Assembly (NCBI GenBank): GCA_040954595.2
Contig: CM082595.2
Span: 7,120,193-7,184,192, forward strand
Length of the DNA: 64,000 nucleotides
Source of the DNA: Balanoglossus misakiensis
Lineage: Eukaryota > Animalia > Hemichordata
Reading direction: 5' to 3'
The notes beneath the pieces were generated by a model. That model saw only the letters and a list, made by a program, of their open reading frames with translations. It searched no databases and was not told where the DNA came from. Shown one piece after another: positions 40,001 through 54,285 of the stretch (its first letter is position 1; the number at the start of each line of letters is the position of its first letter). Made by a program: the position numbers and the translations under genes.

Positions 40001-43000
40001 ACATAAACGGTGTCTTGTATCAAACTTAATTAATGGAAAAAGGGCAACGAGAAAGAGACGTTGTCCCTTTAATGTCTCACCGCATTGATTCCAGACAATT
40101 GCTGTCCGGCCTGTGAGAATACACTGATGGCGATTGGCTTTCGGTAGTTCTTGTTGGTGAATAATCCACGAATTCCGACAGTCGCTTCTTTGCTTTCCTC
40201 TTCATATTCGATCTGCATTTCATGCATTTCCCAAGACACGTCACCATCGCCTCTGTACCGTTTCAAAGCTTGACGGAGATAGAATCAACACTTGGGGTTT
40301 AATTTTTCTGCTGCTTTTATGATTCTTTTATCATCGTCTTTTGTAACTCGCACTGAGACGTATGTGTAGTGCGTGTAAGAAATAAATATTATTATTATTA
40401 TTTACATACAGCAGGTCTTAAACATAGGTACGTACACTAATGCATGAGGCCAAATAATAAATATATGCTGTTCCGATTACATGGTTTTCAAAAATAGGGT
40501 AGGTAGGGATTGATTTTATTGTGCGATTTTTTTTATTTCTCAATTCGCCCAGAGAAATAAAAAAAAATATAAAATAAAAAAAATATCTATCTACCTACCT
40601 ACCCTATTTTTAAAAACCATGTAATCGAAACAGCACATAAAATTATGTCCTTACCTCTACGAGCTGCATCCGGGTTACCCTTGGTGATTAGCAGCCATCT
40701 TGGGCTCTCTGGGCAAAATGGCAAAATACATAATTGCAGAACGGCAAAAACGCCACCAAACGCCAAAAGTATCGGCCATGTTTCTTCAGTGTTGAAAATA
40801 AAGATGCCAAAAATCTGTAAAAAAAAAGAGTTCACAATGAACAAGACATAACTGAAAACGAGAATTGACAAGCATGAAATGAAATGTTAGATAATGGGTT
40901 AAATTCGATAATGACAGAACATGTAACTTCGATTTTTGTCGTTAATCGACATTGCTTATGGTGAAATTAAACTTGCATTCGTCGCAAACGGCTGTTCCAT
41001 ATTCTCTGTACTCGATATCGTCAGCGCCTGACAGGAAAACGTGTTATGGTATATGATTCCAAATCGGTACTGCACCATACATAAATCAATATTTTATCAC
41101 AAAACTATAAGATTGTCGAACCTGTGCTATGAGAATTCCGATGGTGATCGCCAGTTGATGATTGATTCCAATGGCGCCGCGTAGATTTTTGGGCGCAATC
41201 TCTGCTAGATATACGGGAACTACAGTAATCGCTGCACCTGAAAGATTTTGTATAAAGTGGACGGTTTTCTTCAAAATGAAAGCATACAGTCGATGACCAC
41301 ACAATAATATACAGGAGTCCCGCCCAATGAGGAATGTTTCTCAAATATATGTCAAATTTCTTTCCAAAATTCCATTTTACTTAGAATAAAATCGATGTTT
41401 TTGTTATCATAGTGATCATTTGACCAGTTCTTTATCGCAATCACATTTTCCTTTATAAGCCATGTTTTTATAATTTCATGTAGACTTGCTCCAAGTCTAT
41501 GGGCTTCATTATGTGTAGGGAACGCGTAGTCGACGCTACCCGAAACCACAAGCTCAGTCCCAAATTCGAAACACACCTCACTACCAAAAACACGCTCAAG
41601 GCAAGCATGCACGCAAAAAGTATTGACATTATTTATTAAGACAAAAAACCAACGAAAACACAAACAAATATTGAGATTTAAAAATCACCAAGCGACTAGT
41701 GGGCTAGTCTAAATTTCATGGTCTTCACCTGAAGAAAGGTAATAATGTTTTCCCGCGCCTAAAATGGCAGACGCCGAATTCAATCTGACTTACCAGCGTA
41801 GAAACCAAGAATCGCTCTGCCGGCAATGATCATCTCATAGCTGTTTGCAACCTCGCTTAGACCCATCAACAGAGATGATAGAATACAAAAGAAGCTGTTG
41901 ATGAGGAGAAATCCTTTCCTGGAAAGAGGGAGAGGAAGAAGAGAATAGACAGAGGGGTGAAGAAGGAGGAGAGAGTAGAGAGATTTCACGATTTGCAATT
42001 TTTCAAAATTAAAAACAAAAAAATCATATAAAGTATTCCAATTCAGAATTCTCGAAAAGTTATCTCACTAATAAGTTCAGTTTTGTACTGCTAAATTTCA
42101 TAAGAACTTAGTTTAACTTATTGGTTTATTAGTTATTATTGTTAAAGCTCTCATTTATCCGGATTAAGATCATTATATTAAATGGGAAAAGGGTATTATA
42201 AGCTTCTCTAATGCTTTGCCTGTTTTCCAGCCATAGATATGTTTCCTATGTTATGAAAATGATACATCTTGGACACATAAGGCATCTGTAAATGTGATTT
42301 ATCACTTTCTGTCATTTATTTTCTTGTACATGCATCGTTTCTTTTTGTTTTGTTTATTTCTATGGCAAATAAAGTATTTGTATTCTTACCTGCCAAATCT
42401 ATCTGCCATTGGAGCAGCTATGAGTGCACCAAAAGCGCCGCCTATACAATACACAGATACGGTAGTTGACCATAACCACAGCATGCCGTTTTCTGTCATT
42501 TCGTCTCCATTCCTCATCACGTAGGTTTCGTTATAAAAATGTTGGATATACTAAAAACAACAACATCCCATTAAAGGGACAAAGTCTCTATCTCTCGCTG
42601 CCCTTTTCCCATTAATTATGTTTTACAAGACAACGTTTGTGTTATTCTACATGTGGATATATAGTGAATCAACATTCGACCACACACAACTTCCATCCAA
42701 CTTGTAAACACGAGAGTGAAAAACTCGCCAAAATGAATAATCGGTCTCTACCGTTTATTCATTTTAGCGAGATTCTTACTCTCATATCCTACAAACAGGA
42801 TGGAAGTTGTGTGTCGTTGAATGTTGATTCTCTATATATCCACATGTAGAATAACATAAACGGTGTCTTGTATCAAACACAATTAATGGAAACAAGTCAG
42901 CGAGAGAGAGACTTTGTCCCTTTAAAAGATTTCACTATATCATCATTACATGTATGTAATATTTTGTTTGAACTATTCATATCCAAAGCTAGTTCGTCGT

Positions 43001-45756
43001 CAGCATCATCTTGCGCGGAAGTACAACTGACCTTAGAGGGCGCTGACACTACACCGGTTCCGTAACCATAATTTCCTGAACCCGCAATCGATATAACTCC
43101 AGTTGTCAGAGCGAGGATAAAAGTCAGGTGACCCTGTAATCAATCATTCACGAGATAACTGTCACACATTATCACATAATTAGAGTGTGACGTAATGGTA
43201 TTCGTTTATGATCAGATTCATGTATGCGCATAGTAGGGGATGTTACCAATACAGAATACGTCTTTATACTAGACGACAAATTTGGGACTCACAAATTGTT
43301 CAGTTATCAGAGGTGTCTGGTTTATGGAAGTTCTTTTATGATGCGAGTCTATGTGGAAGGGACTAGAAAATGTGTTTTGTATTAGACATGTTTTCTGATT
43401 ATCATCATGGCTCGGTTTGGACATACAGTACTTTACTGGTATTCTACATGTCTCGCCATACAGAGCGATGTAGTAAACATCTCGTACGAACCAAATCTGT
43501 CAATAATGCAACAAGCTTCTGTTTATACCCTGTAAGCTATAGGCCTAAAGAAGAATAATACTGTTTGCCCAGCTTACGGTGTTCTTCAAGTAATTACTCC
43601 CCTCGAGTTTTATTGTATACACACAGTTGCTAGTTGTTCAGAGGCTTCCGAGCAACTATTCACACGTCATATTTAGTTCACGCGATTTTATTTGATCAGC
43701 ATGTAAATGGAACACGATTCACTACTTTATTTGTATACATTAGTGGTTGATATGACACTAGTATATATTAGAACAGACCGCTGATCCACCAAAATTGGAT
43801 CATTGATAACAAAATGTCATCATCCCTGATTTTTATTTGTCCAGGCTGATCTTAGAATAGCTAATAATTTACAATTGAACACGGATTCATGATTCGGCCT
43901 CAGTGTGCCGTGTTTATATGTTATTATTATTTTTTTGGAAAACGTTTTCATATGAGCTGATTAATTGTGGATACTACTGTACAGCTTTACATGATATACC
44001 ACATGGAAACCCTGAAATTTCGATATGTTGCGGATAAATTACTAAAACGACCATTAATTTTTGAAGCTATTGTATGATTTAAGGTGGTACCTTTTATGTA
44101 ATTAAATTAATCATATTAACCAAATTATTATTAAATAATCCATAGACACCAATCAGTCCATCGATTCTACAGCCCCCCCCCCACCAATTAATTGTCCCCT
44201 CCCTCATCTATGCCACAACTTCCACCAATCAATTGTCGCCCAGACGAAACAAAACGACCTTTCCCTTAATTTGAATGTCCACGTTTTGGCCGAGTGATTG
44301 TGATTATATCTTATCTTCGATGCTTTGAACTGGCAACCCGCCACTGAAGAAATCAGTGGCCATCCCTGCTTCAAAGATAATGACAGTGTTTGGAAAGGAG
44401 AGAAGCATAGAAATAAAAAAATCGACCATTGTAGTATACTAGATATAACAAGAATTGAAATACATGTATACGGAATGATTATAATGAAATATACATTGAC
44501 TGTCGAAAACTTCATAATCAATATATCACAACAAGTTTATCTTCATGCTGCTTTACTGCGCCTGCGTACACTTTACAATTGAAGTCAGTATCAAAAGATT
44601 CAATGTTACGTCATACATGACAAGACTGTGATGCACATATCTGTCTGAACACATGTATTATGGATATCAGTATTTTCGATTAAGCCCGAAGCATATTGAT
44701 GTGTGGAAGCTGGATATTAAACGTATGATCAGAGTGCATTGTAAAATATGAGAAACTGGCGTTGCTCATGCCCTGTGTTGTATTGTGGACAGATGCGTGA
44801 GTTAGCGTTCTAGAATCATGAATGGCACGTGGGCGTTTTACCCGATTTGGCACAAGAATAACTTGGACAAATCAAATTAAAGTCCTACCACTTTCAAGGC
44901 AAGTCATTAACATATAGTGTTCCCACTAAAGCGCGCGATAACATCCTCTCGACAAATTTCATAATTGCCCATCCTGGGTTGCATCTATTTTAGATATGAT
45001 ACCTGCGTGTGGTTCCTACTCCGCCCATGTACAACTGTCTTATAAAAGCTGATGTAGACTACAGTGTAATATTGTTGAAATTTTAGTAAAATTTGAAATG
45101 GTAACATTTGCCAAGAGTATATCCAAAGACTGACGTCGAATATCGATATACCTTTTCCCCCGACTTATTGCACAGACCCAATGTCCGATCATTCCAAGCG
45201 CACATAAAATGGCTGAATATATCTGTCCGTAGATGACATCTTCACAACATTTAGAACTACAGACCAGTCGGATATTTAGGTGTGCATTGTGTAGAGCCAC
45301 ATAAGAGACGGTCAAGTAGATGCTCTCCGAATGTTGGTTGCTCGTCACAACAGTTTGAATTCTCTGAAAATAAGTCTAATGATGATGCTTATTACTATTT
45401 AAACTCTTTGTAAAACTTTGGGTTGATTTCTCAGTGTTTTGTTTTACGAGTCAAACTGTAGTTAATTGTTCTACTTGGAAAACCATAAATGATTACTCAT
45501 TATTTTTTTTAACACCGCCCTCCTGTCTGCATTATCGATGGTTGTCAATCGTGTTGAATAACTTCAGATTGGACATTTCAGTAAACTATCCAGAGTAGAA
45601 CAAAACCGGAGATGACGCAAATACTAAAAATGCCCAAAGTTAGAGTTTGAATACCTTATCTAACCTACAGGTCATTTTCCCTACCTTAGGCTCTGCTCCT
45701 CCACCCTCCATCATTCGCATCTTCTGGTCGAGATTGTTGTTTATGGAATTCGCCAT
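37061..45756 (-). CDS. SLC2A/GLUT facilitated hexose transporter (503 aa, 12 exons)
   Basis: Exons 45756-45685, 43133-43032, 42550-42390, 41918-41794, 41237-41122, 40814-40655, 40268-40081, 39131-39018, 38671-38570, 38219-38138, 37614-37487, 37222-37061; 1512 nt, phase-consistent GT-AG. Motifs [69 protein letters not shown]. Confidence 0.95.
39214..39408 (+). mobile_element. MITE family B, copy 3
   Basis: TTAA|AGGTATTCGGTCAC...GTGACCGTATACCT|TTAA. Confidence 0.8.
39735..40072. mobile_element. MITE family A copy; a partial copy lies at about 38740-38951
   Basis: Right end TTGTCCCT|TTAA lies 8 nt from a GLUT exon boundary. Confidence 0.8.
41481..41711. mobile_element. TAGACT...AGTCTA-ended element, uninterrupted relative of 12722-13081
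   Basis: Reverse-complement match to the two parts flanking the nested MITE at 12.9 kb. Confidence 0.75.
42571..42925. mobile_element. MITE family A copy, well preserved
   Basis: TTAA|AGGGACAAAGTCTC...GAGACTTTGTCCCT|TTAA. Confidence 0.9.
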
Positions 45757-48293
45757 GGCTGCCTGTGTCTTGCAAACTGGTGCAACTATCCTACACTACA
45801 TACACACGTTTCAAAACGCATGGATATGTCCCCCAAATCTGGATCCCCTAGCGTAATGCAGATTATCCATATCCTGACTCCCTAAGCACGGACACCGCTC
45901 ACATTTGCGAATCATTTACAGTTAACGTTTGATCATTAAAATGTATACAACATTAATCAATATGCAAATAATAAATTTATGCAGTCACTGAAACAATCAG
46001 TATAGTTCAGATTTATCCCAATAATATTTCATTCTGATTAGTTATTGTGCAGTTTTGATCATTATTGAACCAGTTGCCCCAGTGTTCGTCTCACTGTTAG
46101 TCAAACCACACTCGCCCAACCGATCTCTGGTGTTTAACCACCACCGCCGCAACGAATTCCTGATTAGTCGAATGGCTATTTGTGTATTTATAAAAATCTC
46201 GTGACTGGAGAACGTTCTTGATCGCGAAAGTGAATGAGCCGATGGTTTCAGATATTAACAAGTCAAGTTGATTCGACAATCAATTGTGCAGTCTGTATAG
46301 AATATCTGCCCATGCAGACGTCATTAGGTGATTTGTGTCCCCCAGCAATACTTAGCTGCCTGTAGATGTAGGTCAGTAGGGCTGAAAAGTGACTTTTATG
46401 TAACGTCAGTAGAGATAACATCATTTTAGCCACTGCAAACATTACACCAGTAATCAGTAGAATTGATGTACAATTATTAGTCGGTTCAGCGCGAGTTCAA
46501 AGTTCAAGTGCAGATCTCTTCAGGGCGTTGGTGTCATAATACAAGTTCGCATTAGCAAAGTTCAAATCAAACTGGACCGTCGTTGGTGCACGCGGAATCT
46601 TCCACACCGCCGCCCACGTGAGTATCTTGTCAAATTATGCAAGGCGTTGCATATACGCCAAATAACGCTATGTAATCAAACATTGCTGGTTAATCAAATG
46701 CAAATAATACCATGATAGACATTGGTGTGAACCAATAGAGATTACTTCAGTGTGTATTTATACCAATCAAAGTTAATGCTGTAGTATCGCCGGCATTTCC
46801 ACAAGCATAACTTAGCAGGTTTCCCAGAGACAGTATGTGTGCATGAATGCATTGTCCTAAATAAAAGAAAATACGCCAAGTGTACCGGAGTGGAAAAGTC
46901 AGGGTTGCTGAGAATGGCGAACCTATTGAACGATTTCTTTTTAACATGTGACGCGTCAGAGTGAAGCATTGATAGCCTTCACCATTGCCTAGCCCTTTCT
47001 TGAATGCCACACAATGCCCTTTGTATAAATGAAAGTAAAGGAAATGACCAGATTGGGTTACACTAGTCTATATCCCACCCCACTATACTAATGATTCCGA
47101 ATATTTATTTATTTATGCATGCAATGTCTTTTATCCTGCTCGTACGAGTCAGTATTAATATTTATGTTATGTTTGAAATATTGTAAAATATTATTTTAGT
47201 TCCTGATTTCTGTCGTCTGGTTGACAAGACGGGATTTTTATCGATGTACAACTGAAACGAAGATGTCCATTGTTGTTAATTGAAAGTTAATATTTCTATT
47301 TTCAGTAAAATACGTATAGAGGGTTTAATTTAGACGAGAAAATAAAAGAATTTTGCAAAGTTTCCTACGGTGAATTATTAGCTTTTGTTAATACGGCTGT
47401 ACCTTGTGACAGAGTCAGAGCATCGACCTGTAATATCACAAGAATCCAATATAACGTGACTGTTAAGAAAGAAACTGTCTGTGACGCAATCGAGGAAGAA
47501 TGTTTTTTGTTTTCTTTTGGTCGACTTATCAAAACCAATTGGCGAATCACGGAAGGCGCATGCGCGACACATCAAACCCCGTTAAATTGGATATAAAAGT
47601 CGTGAATGCACTTATTGTTGGTGTAGAAGCGGCTCAAAATTTTAATGGTTGTGACAAGCAAACACGTCTTTGTCAAAAGTGAATGAACGGTGACAGTGAC
47701 TGATCAGACATGGAAATGTCACGAACCCTGAGCACGGGATCTATTCTCCCCGAAGTGGACCGATGGACCAGACGCTTTTCTTTCCGCCGACAACGCAAAC
47801 AAATTAGCGCGCCGGGGATATAAGACACGCGGGTAAATTCTTGAGATAAGTGCCCTCACCCGGTATCATTATTATTCAAAACGACCTCTCACAAGGTAAT
47901 TAGCGGTCGCGCGGATTTCTTCTATAAGCATTGCGCGGGAAGGCATAGACCGAAAGAGACGAAAACACTCGCGTTCACCCACGATAAATTTAAGGACAAC
48001 TGCTCCGAGCTTGAGTTTGTCCTGCAAGTGACAAGGCTCGAGTAATTTAAATATCAAAGATGGCGGAGGTCGAATTCTATGCTCTTTTGTAGTTTCAACA
48101 TTGGTGTCGCGAATAAATGAAAAAAAAAATAGGATGGGGCCTGCTGCATTGACTTGGTATGAATAATACACAATACCTTAATTTATGCAGAGAGTGAGTT
48201 TCCGTCCACTGGGAATAAACAGGGTGGTGTACGTTCCGTCGATGACAATCGAGCGGTGGTAACAGTGATACGACCGCTGTTTGTGCGTTTGAC

Positions 48294-51200
48294 ATGTCTC
48301 ACAATTTGGTCGCCATTCTGCAAACAGCGCTCATCGTTTTTCTTTCAACCGGCCAACGCTTCGGAGCATCCGGTAAGTGAGACCCAAAGTCCCGGGGCGG
48401 GCACACTTGCTAGTCTAGACTGTGAGATTTGATCACACGTGCGTTGAAGTTCGCGGGGTGATTGTCGCGAACGACAGATCACAATATCGTCCCATAGCCT
48501 ATTGTAAACGTCGGTAACAGTATAATAGCGTGAACCTTTCTTATACGCCCGTTTCTTGTCCTGAAAAAATACTCAATAAATCAGGCCACATTGTACACTA
48601 ACTCAAAGTTAAGCCGCAGACACTATAATACAGTGTCTGCGGCTAACTCTGAGTTTTGGTGTCTGTATCAAAACTACACTCTGTAGCAAAGTCAGTTCAC
48701 CATGTCGAACTGCACAACGCACAGTGTACATATGGAATTTTTAAACTACTGCAAATCAGGTGTAAGCGCGCGCAGCTGTTTGGCCACTATAGTCAAATTC
48801 GACTATTTACAAACGGCATTTCGTATATACCTAATGTAACCAACCCCTGGTCTGGCTTTAACCTCTACCGGAGCGTGTTTAGATTGGATCATGGAACAAA
48901 GCGGGACCCTGTATCTGGACTTACAAAACTTTGTCGTGAACGGTAACAAAACCTGTTTCCTTCTTGGTTACTGTCTGTACATACCGTGAACATCAGTTTG
49001 ATATTATGACGTGGTTGAGAATTTTCACGACATGACACTCGCGAGAAATGAATGCTGGCCGAATAAACCCTTGAAAGTTAACATTGGCCCTTCCATGGTG
49101 ATTTTTGTTTTGACATGTTGAGGCTTTTTTTCTACCACGGTCTCATAATATGGATTTTTTTCTGGGTTTTAAAAAGTTCATTGTAGAATCTCTGGAAATT
49201 GTTTCGCCAAACGATACGTCAATTTCTGCCGAAGTGACGACTTCGAACAATTTTCTGTCATAATCAAGCATTGCTTTGAAGTATATAATCATTACTTCAT
49301 CATCGTTTCAGCAACCTGTGGCGGGTGGACGGAATGGATGAACGACGAGTTCGGCGAGTATGTGGACCCGGCCGCTCTCGGCGACACTGAACTCATCACC
49401 GACCTGAGAGCCAACTACACATTCTGCGGTGCGCCGACGGACATTGAGTGTCGTCTGGCGCAGCCGCCGTATTCCATGCACCAGGACGCCGGGCAAGTGG
49501 TCACCTGTAGCCTTTCTGCAGGCGGCCTGGTGTGCTACAAGGCCGACAACACACCGCCGATTTGTAAAGACTACGAGATACGTGTATACTGTACATCGGC
49601 ATGTCCGACAACTGCAACCTATGGAGCTCCATCCAGCACAGGTAAGACACATTCAAGAATTTTCTCTTCTTAAAAAGACACGTCACAGTCTCTCCCTCTC
49701 GCTGCCCTTTTTTTCAATTAATTATGTTTGATACAAGAAACCATTTATGTCGCATGTGTATATGTAGTGAATGAACGGTCAACCACAAACAAATTCCATC
49801 CCGCTTGTATGATACGAGAGTAAAAACTCGCCCAAAATGAATAAATGGTAGAGACTGATTATTCATTTTGGCGATTTTTCTCTCTCTCGTGTCTACAAGC
49901 GGTATGGAAGGTGTGTGTGGTTGAATGTTGATTCACTATATACGTGTAAATTAACATAAATGGTGTCTTGTATCAAACATAAGTAATGGAACAGGGGCAG
50001 CGAGAGAGAGACTTTGTCCCTTTAAGTAACTCAATAAACCAGCCTTTTTTCAGAATCAAGAACAAGAAGCAGAATAAACGCAAATTTACTGGTTTTCATA
50101 CCGGACAATATTCATAAATTACACAAAGTTCACAAGAACGCACGTTCCAATTTACCACTTCTGAACCCCTGGCGAAACTCTAACGGAATTTGTAAAAAAA
50201 AACTTTTGAAGAATATTTCTTTGCTAAACAAAGGGCTGAATGCAAACTGAAGTTGATCGCAGGGACGGATTTGGAGGACCTTTCTTTCTGTGAAACCCTT
50301 TCGCCGATCAAACATTTCAATGAAATAGCCTATTGACACATAAACGCAAAGGGTACATTAAGCAGAGCACGCTTTTGGCATTTTGTATCCGAAGTCGAAG
50401 TAACCACGTTAGCGAGTCTGCAACTGTGAGCAATATGACTTTTTGTCATCCTGTAGCAGATGCTTATGTCTTCAGAATTATCATCGAACCGTTAAGGGCG
50501 CTTTACTGAGTGTAGGCGTACAGTGTAGAACACTGCATACAGCAATTGAACTTGCATAGCCTGCCTGAAGACATATTTGATAGTGGCCTAAGCGAGATCA
50601 GCTATGTATTTTTATAGATTTATAATATCGCAATCGCATAAACAGTCATTTGATTATAAGTCACAAATATTGTTTTATTTTAATGCTTGTGTGCACTATT
50701 GACCTTCCTTTAAAGGTACGGGCACGGAAGGAATTGAGTCTACGACAGGTAAATATGTTTTGTCATTGTAAACCTAAGGACCAGTCAACGGACAGAGAGA
50801 GGGGGACAAGGACAGACAGAAAGACAGACAGGCAGACACAGAGAGACAGACAGACATACAAACAGACAGGCAGGCAGGCAGACACAGAGAGACAGACAGA
50901 TTGACAGACAGAAAAACAGACAGGCAGACACAGAGAGACAGACAGACATACAAACAGACGGGCAGACAGGCAGACACAGAGAGACAGACAGACATACAAA
51001 CAGACAGGCAGGCAGGCAGGCAGACACAGAGAGACAGACAGATTGACAGAGAGACAGGCAGACACTGAGAGACAGACAGAAAAACAAACAGACAGGCAGG
51101 CAGGCAGGCAGACACAGAGAGACAGACAGATTGACAGAGAGACAGGCAGACACTGAGAGACAGACAGATTGACAGACAGAAAAACAGACAGGCAGACACA

Positions 51201-54200
51201 GAGAGACAGACAGACAGACATACAAACAGACAGGCAGGCAGGCAGGCAGACACAGAGAGACAGACAGATTGACAGACAGAAAAACAGACAGGCAGACACA
51301 GAGAGACAGACAGACATTCAAACAGACAGGCAGGCAGGCAGACACAGAGAGACAGACAGATTGACAGAGAGACAGGCAGACACTGTACTGAGAGACAGAC
51401 AGATTGACAAACAGAAAAACAGACAGGCAGACACAGAGAGACAGACAGACATACAAACAGACAGGCAGGCAGGCAGGCAGACACAGAGAGACAGACAGAT
51501 TGACAGAGAGACAGACAGACACTGAGAGACAGACAGAAATATTGTTTCACAAATATTGTTTTATTTTAATGCTTGTGTGCACTATTGACCTTCCTTTAAA
51601 GGTACGGGCACGGAAGGAATTGAGTCTACGACAGGTAAATATGTTTTGTCATTGTAAACCTAAGGACCAGTCAACGGACAGAGAGAGGGGGACAAGGACA
51701 AACAGAAAAACAGACAGGCAGACACAGAGAGACAGACAGACATACAAACAGACAGGCAGGCAGGCAGGCAGACACAGAGAGAAAGACAGATTGACAGACA
51801 GAAAAACAGACAGGCAGACACAGAGAGACAGACAGACATACAAACAGACAAGCAGGCAGGCAGGCAGACACAGAGAGACAGACAGATTGACAGACAGAAA
51901 AACAGACAGGCAGACACAGAGAGACAGACAGACATACAAACAGACAGGCAGGCAGGCAGGCAGACACAGAGAGACAGACAGATTGACAGAGAGACAGGCA
52001 GACACTGAGAGACAGACAGATTGACAGACAGAAAAACAGACAGGCAGACACAGAGAGACAGACAGACATACAAACAGACAGGCAGGCAGGCAGGCAGACA
52101 CAGAGAGACAGACAGATTGACAGAGAGACAGGCAGACACTGAGAGACAGACAGATTGACAAACAGAAAAACAGACAGGCAGACACAGAGAGACAGACAGA
52201 CATACAAACAGACAGGCAGGCAGGCAGGCAGACACAGAGAGAAAGACAGATTGACAGACAGAAAAACAGACAGGCAGACACAGAGAGACAGACAGACATA
52301 CAAACAGACAAGCAGGCAGGCAGGCAGACACAGAGAGACAGACAGATTGACAGACAGAAAAACAGACAGGCAGACACAGAGAGACAGACAGACATTCAAA
52401 CAGACAGGCAGGCAGGCAGACACAGAGAGACAGACAGATTGACAGAGAGACAGGCAGACACTGTACTGAGAGACAGACAGATTGACAAACAGAAAAACAG
52501 ACAGGCAGACACAGAGAGACAGACAGACATACAAACAGACAGGCAGGCAGGCAGGCAGACACAGAGAGACAGACAGATTGACAGAGAGACAGGCAGACAC
52601 TGAGAGACAGACAGATTGACAAACAGAAAAACAGACAGGCAGACACAGAGAGACAGACAGACATACAAACAGACAGGCAGGCAGACACAGAGAGAAAGAC
52701 AGATTGACAGACAGAAAAACAGACAGGCAGACACAGAGAGACAGACAGACATACAAACAGACAAGCAGGCAGGCAGGCAGACACAGAGAGACAGACAGAT
52801 TGACAGACAGAAAAACAGACAGGCAGACACAGAGAGACAGACAGACATACAAACAGACAGGCAGGCAGGCAGGCAGACACAGAGAGACAGACAGATTGAC
52901 AGAGAGACAGGCAGACACTGAGAGACAGACAGATTGACAGACAGAAAAACAGACAGGCAGACTCAGAGAGACAGACAGACATACAAACAGACAGGCAGGC
53001 AGGCAGGCAGACACAGAGAGAAAGACAGATTGACAGACAGAAAAACAGACAGGCAGACACAGAGAGACAGACAGACATACAAACAGACAAGCAGGCAGGC
53101 AGGCAGACACAGAGAGACAGACAGATTGACAGACAGAAAAACAGACAGGCAGACACAGAGAGACAGACAGACATTCAAACAGACAGGCAGGCAGGCAGGC
53201 AGACACAGAGAGACAGACAGATTGACAGACAGAAAAACAGACAGGCAGACTCAGAGAGACAGACAGACATACAAACAGACAGGCAGGCAGACAGACACAG
53301 AGAGACAGACAGATTGACAGAGAGACAGGCAGACACTGAGAGACAGACAGATTGACAGTCAGAAAAACAGACAGGCAGACACAGAGAGACAGACAGGCAG
53401 ACACAGAGAGACAGACAGATTGACAGACAGACTGACATGTAGAATGGGAGGTGTTGGTGGAGGGCGAGAAAGGGGAGAGGTAAATTTCCAGGATGTGAAA
53501 ACTGGGTAATAATGCAGTTGGTTCTGTGTATTTTCAGATTCTGCCGACTTTCAAGGAACCGCTTCAACCACAGGTAAACGCCGTATTTTTGTGTTTATTA
53601 CTATGTAACACTCATACAGTCGTAGAGACAGCAAGTATAGTTAGAATCACAAAAAGATAACACTGCTTCCTTGGTGTTTCTAGGATATAGTCTTCCGTAC
53701 AGTAACAATGCACGTGGTGTTTATTATTCTCCTCATGTAAAACTACCGTGGAACTTTATTTTTCCTCGTTGCATTGCGAAACGGTCTGAAAAGGAAACCA
53801 TTCTTGGAATCACCAATACATTTGTCTCCAACTAAAAGATATACCTACAATTGCAAATCTGCAAAGAACCTCCCCAAGTTGACGATGCTGTCAGAAAAAG
53901 AAATATTATAGGAAAAGTACTGATTTCAATGTAACCAAGGCGCATATAGGCCTATTAGTGAATCTCTTGAGATCTTATGTTCTTTTTATACACATTTTCT
54001 AAATCTACTTTGTCAACGCTTTCACACAGTGAGTTCTAGTCTGTTCTTGTCAATTTTTCATTTTTTTGGTATTTGCTTGTTTCTGTTCTTTAATTGTTTT
54101 TTAATATTTAAATAAATAAAAAAGAATACATATTGTTGTCTGACGATGTCTTGTTTATGTAATACATATTTGTTATCAAAACAGATAATATATTGGTACC

Positions 54201-54285
54201 ATTGGTGGTTGTTGGTGCAATCATTTTCGCCACAATTATCATCGTAGCTGCTTTAGTGACGGCACACTGTGTTAAAAAAGGATGA
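48294..54285 (+). CDS. Small type I membrane protein with a single mucin CysD (WxxW) domain (181 aa as assembled)
   Basis: Exons 48294-48372 (signal-peptide-like MSHNLVAILQTALIVFLSTG), 49312-49641 (CGGWTEWMN...GDTE...FCGAPTDIECR...GQVVTC...GLVC...CKDYEIRVYC), 53538-53573 (S/T stalk), 54185-54285 (ILVPLVVVGAIIFATIIIVAALV transmembrane segment, then HCVKKG*). All three introns are phase 1 GT-AG. A further exon starts at 54850; AATAAA at about 55187 and 55209. Confidence 0.8.
49670..50025. mobile_element. MITE family A copy
   Basis: TTAA at both ends and a palindromic body. Confidence 0.85.
50672..53435. repeat. Higher-order GACA/GGCA-based tandem array with a duplicated unique leader
   Basis: Units of about 96 bp (GAAAAACAGA at 51801/51897 and 52261/52357) with an optional ~38-bp insert. 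A ~140-bp non-repetitive leader is duplicated at 50672 and 51548. Confidence 0.9.

Noticed and set aside
48602-48653. 52-bp hairpin in intron 1 of the CysD gene (possible miRNA)
   Set aside because: The near-perfect short palindrome is more simply a MITE remnant in this MITE-rich region; no expression evidence.
50763-53567. ORFs up to 577 aa (Cys/Leu/Ser/Val-rich or Arg/Gln/Thr/Asp-rich), possibly a mucin repeat exon
   Set aside because: Open in several frames on both strands because the repeat lacks stops; not PTS-like; the flanking exons splice in phase without it.
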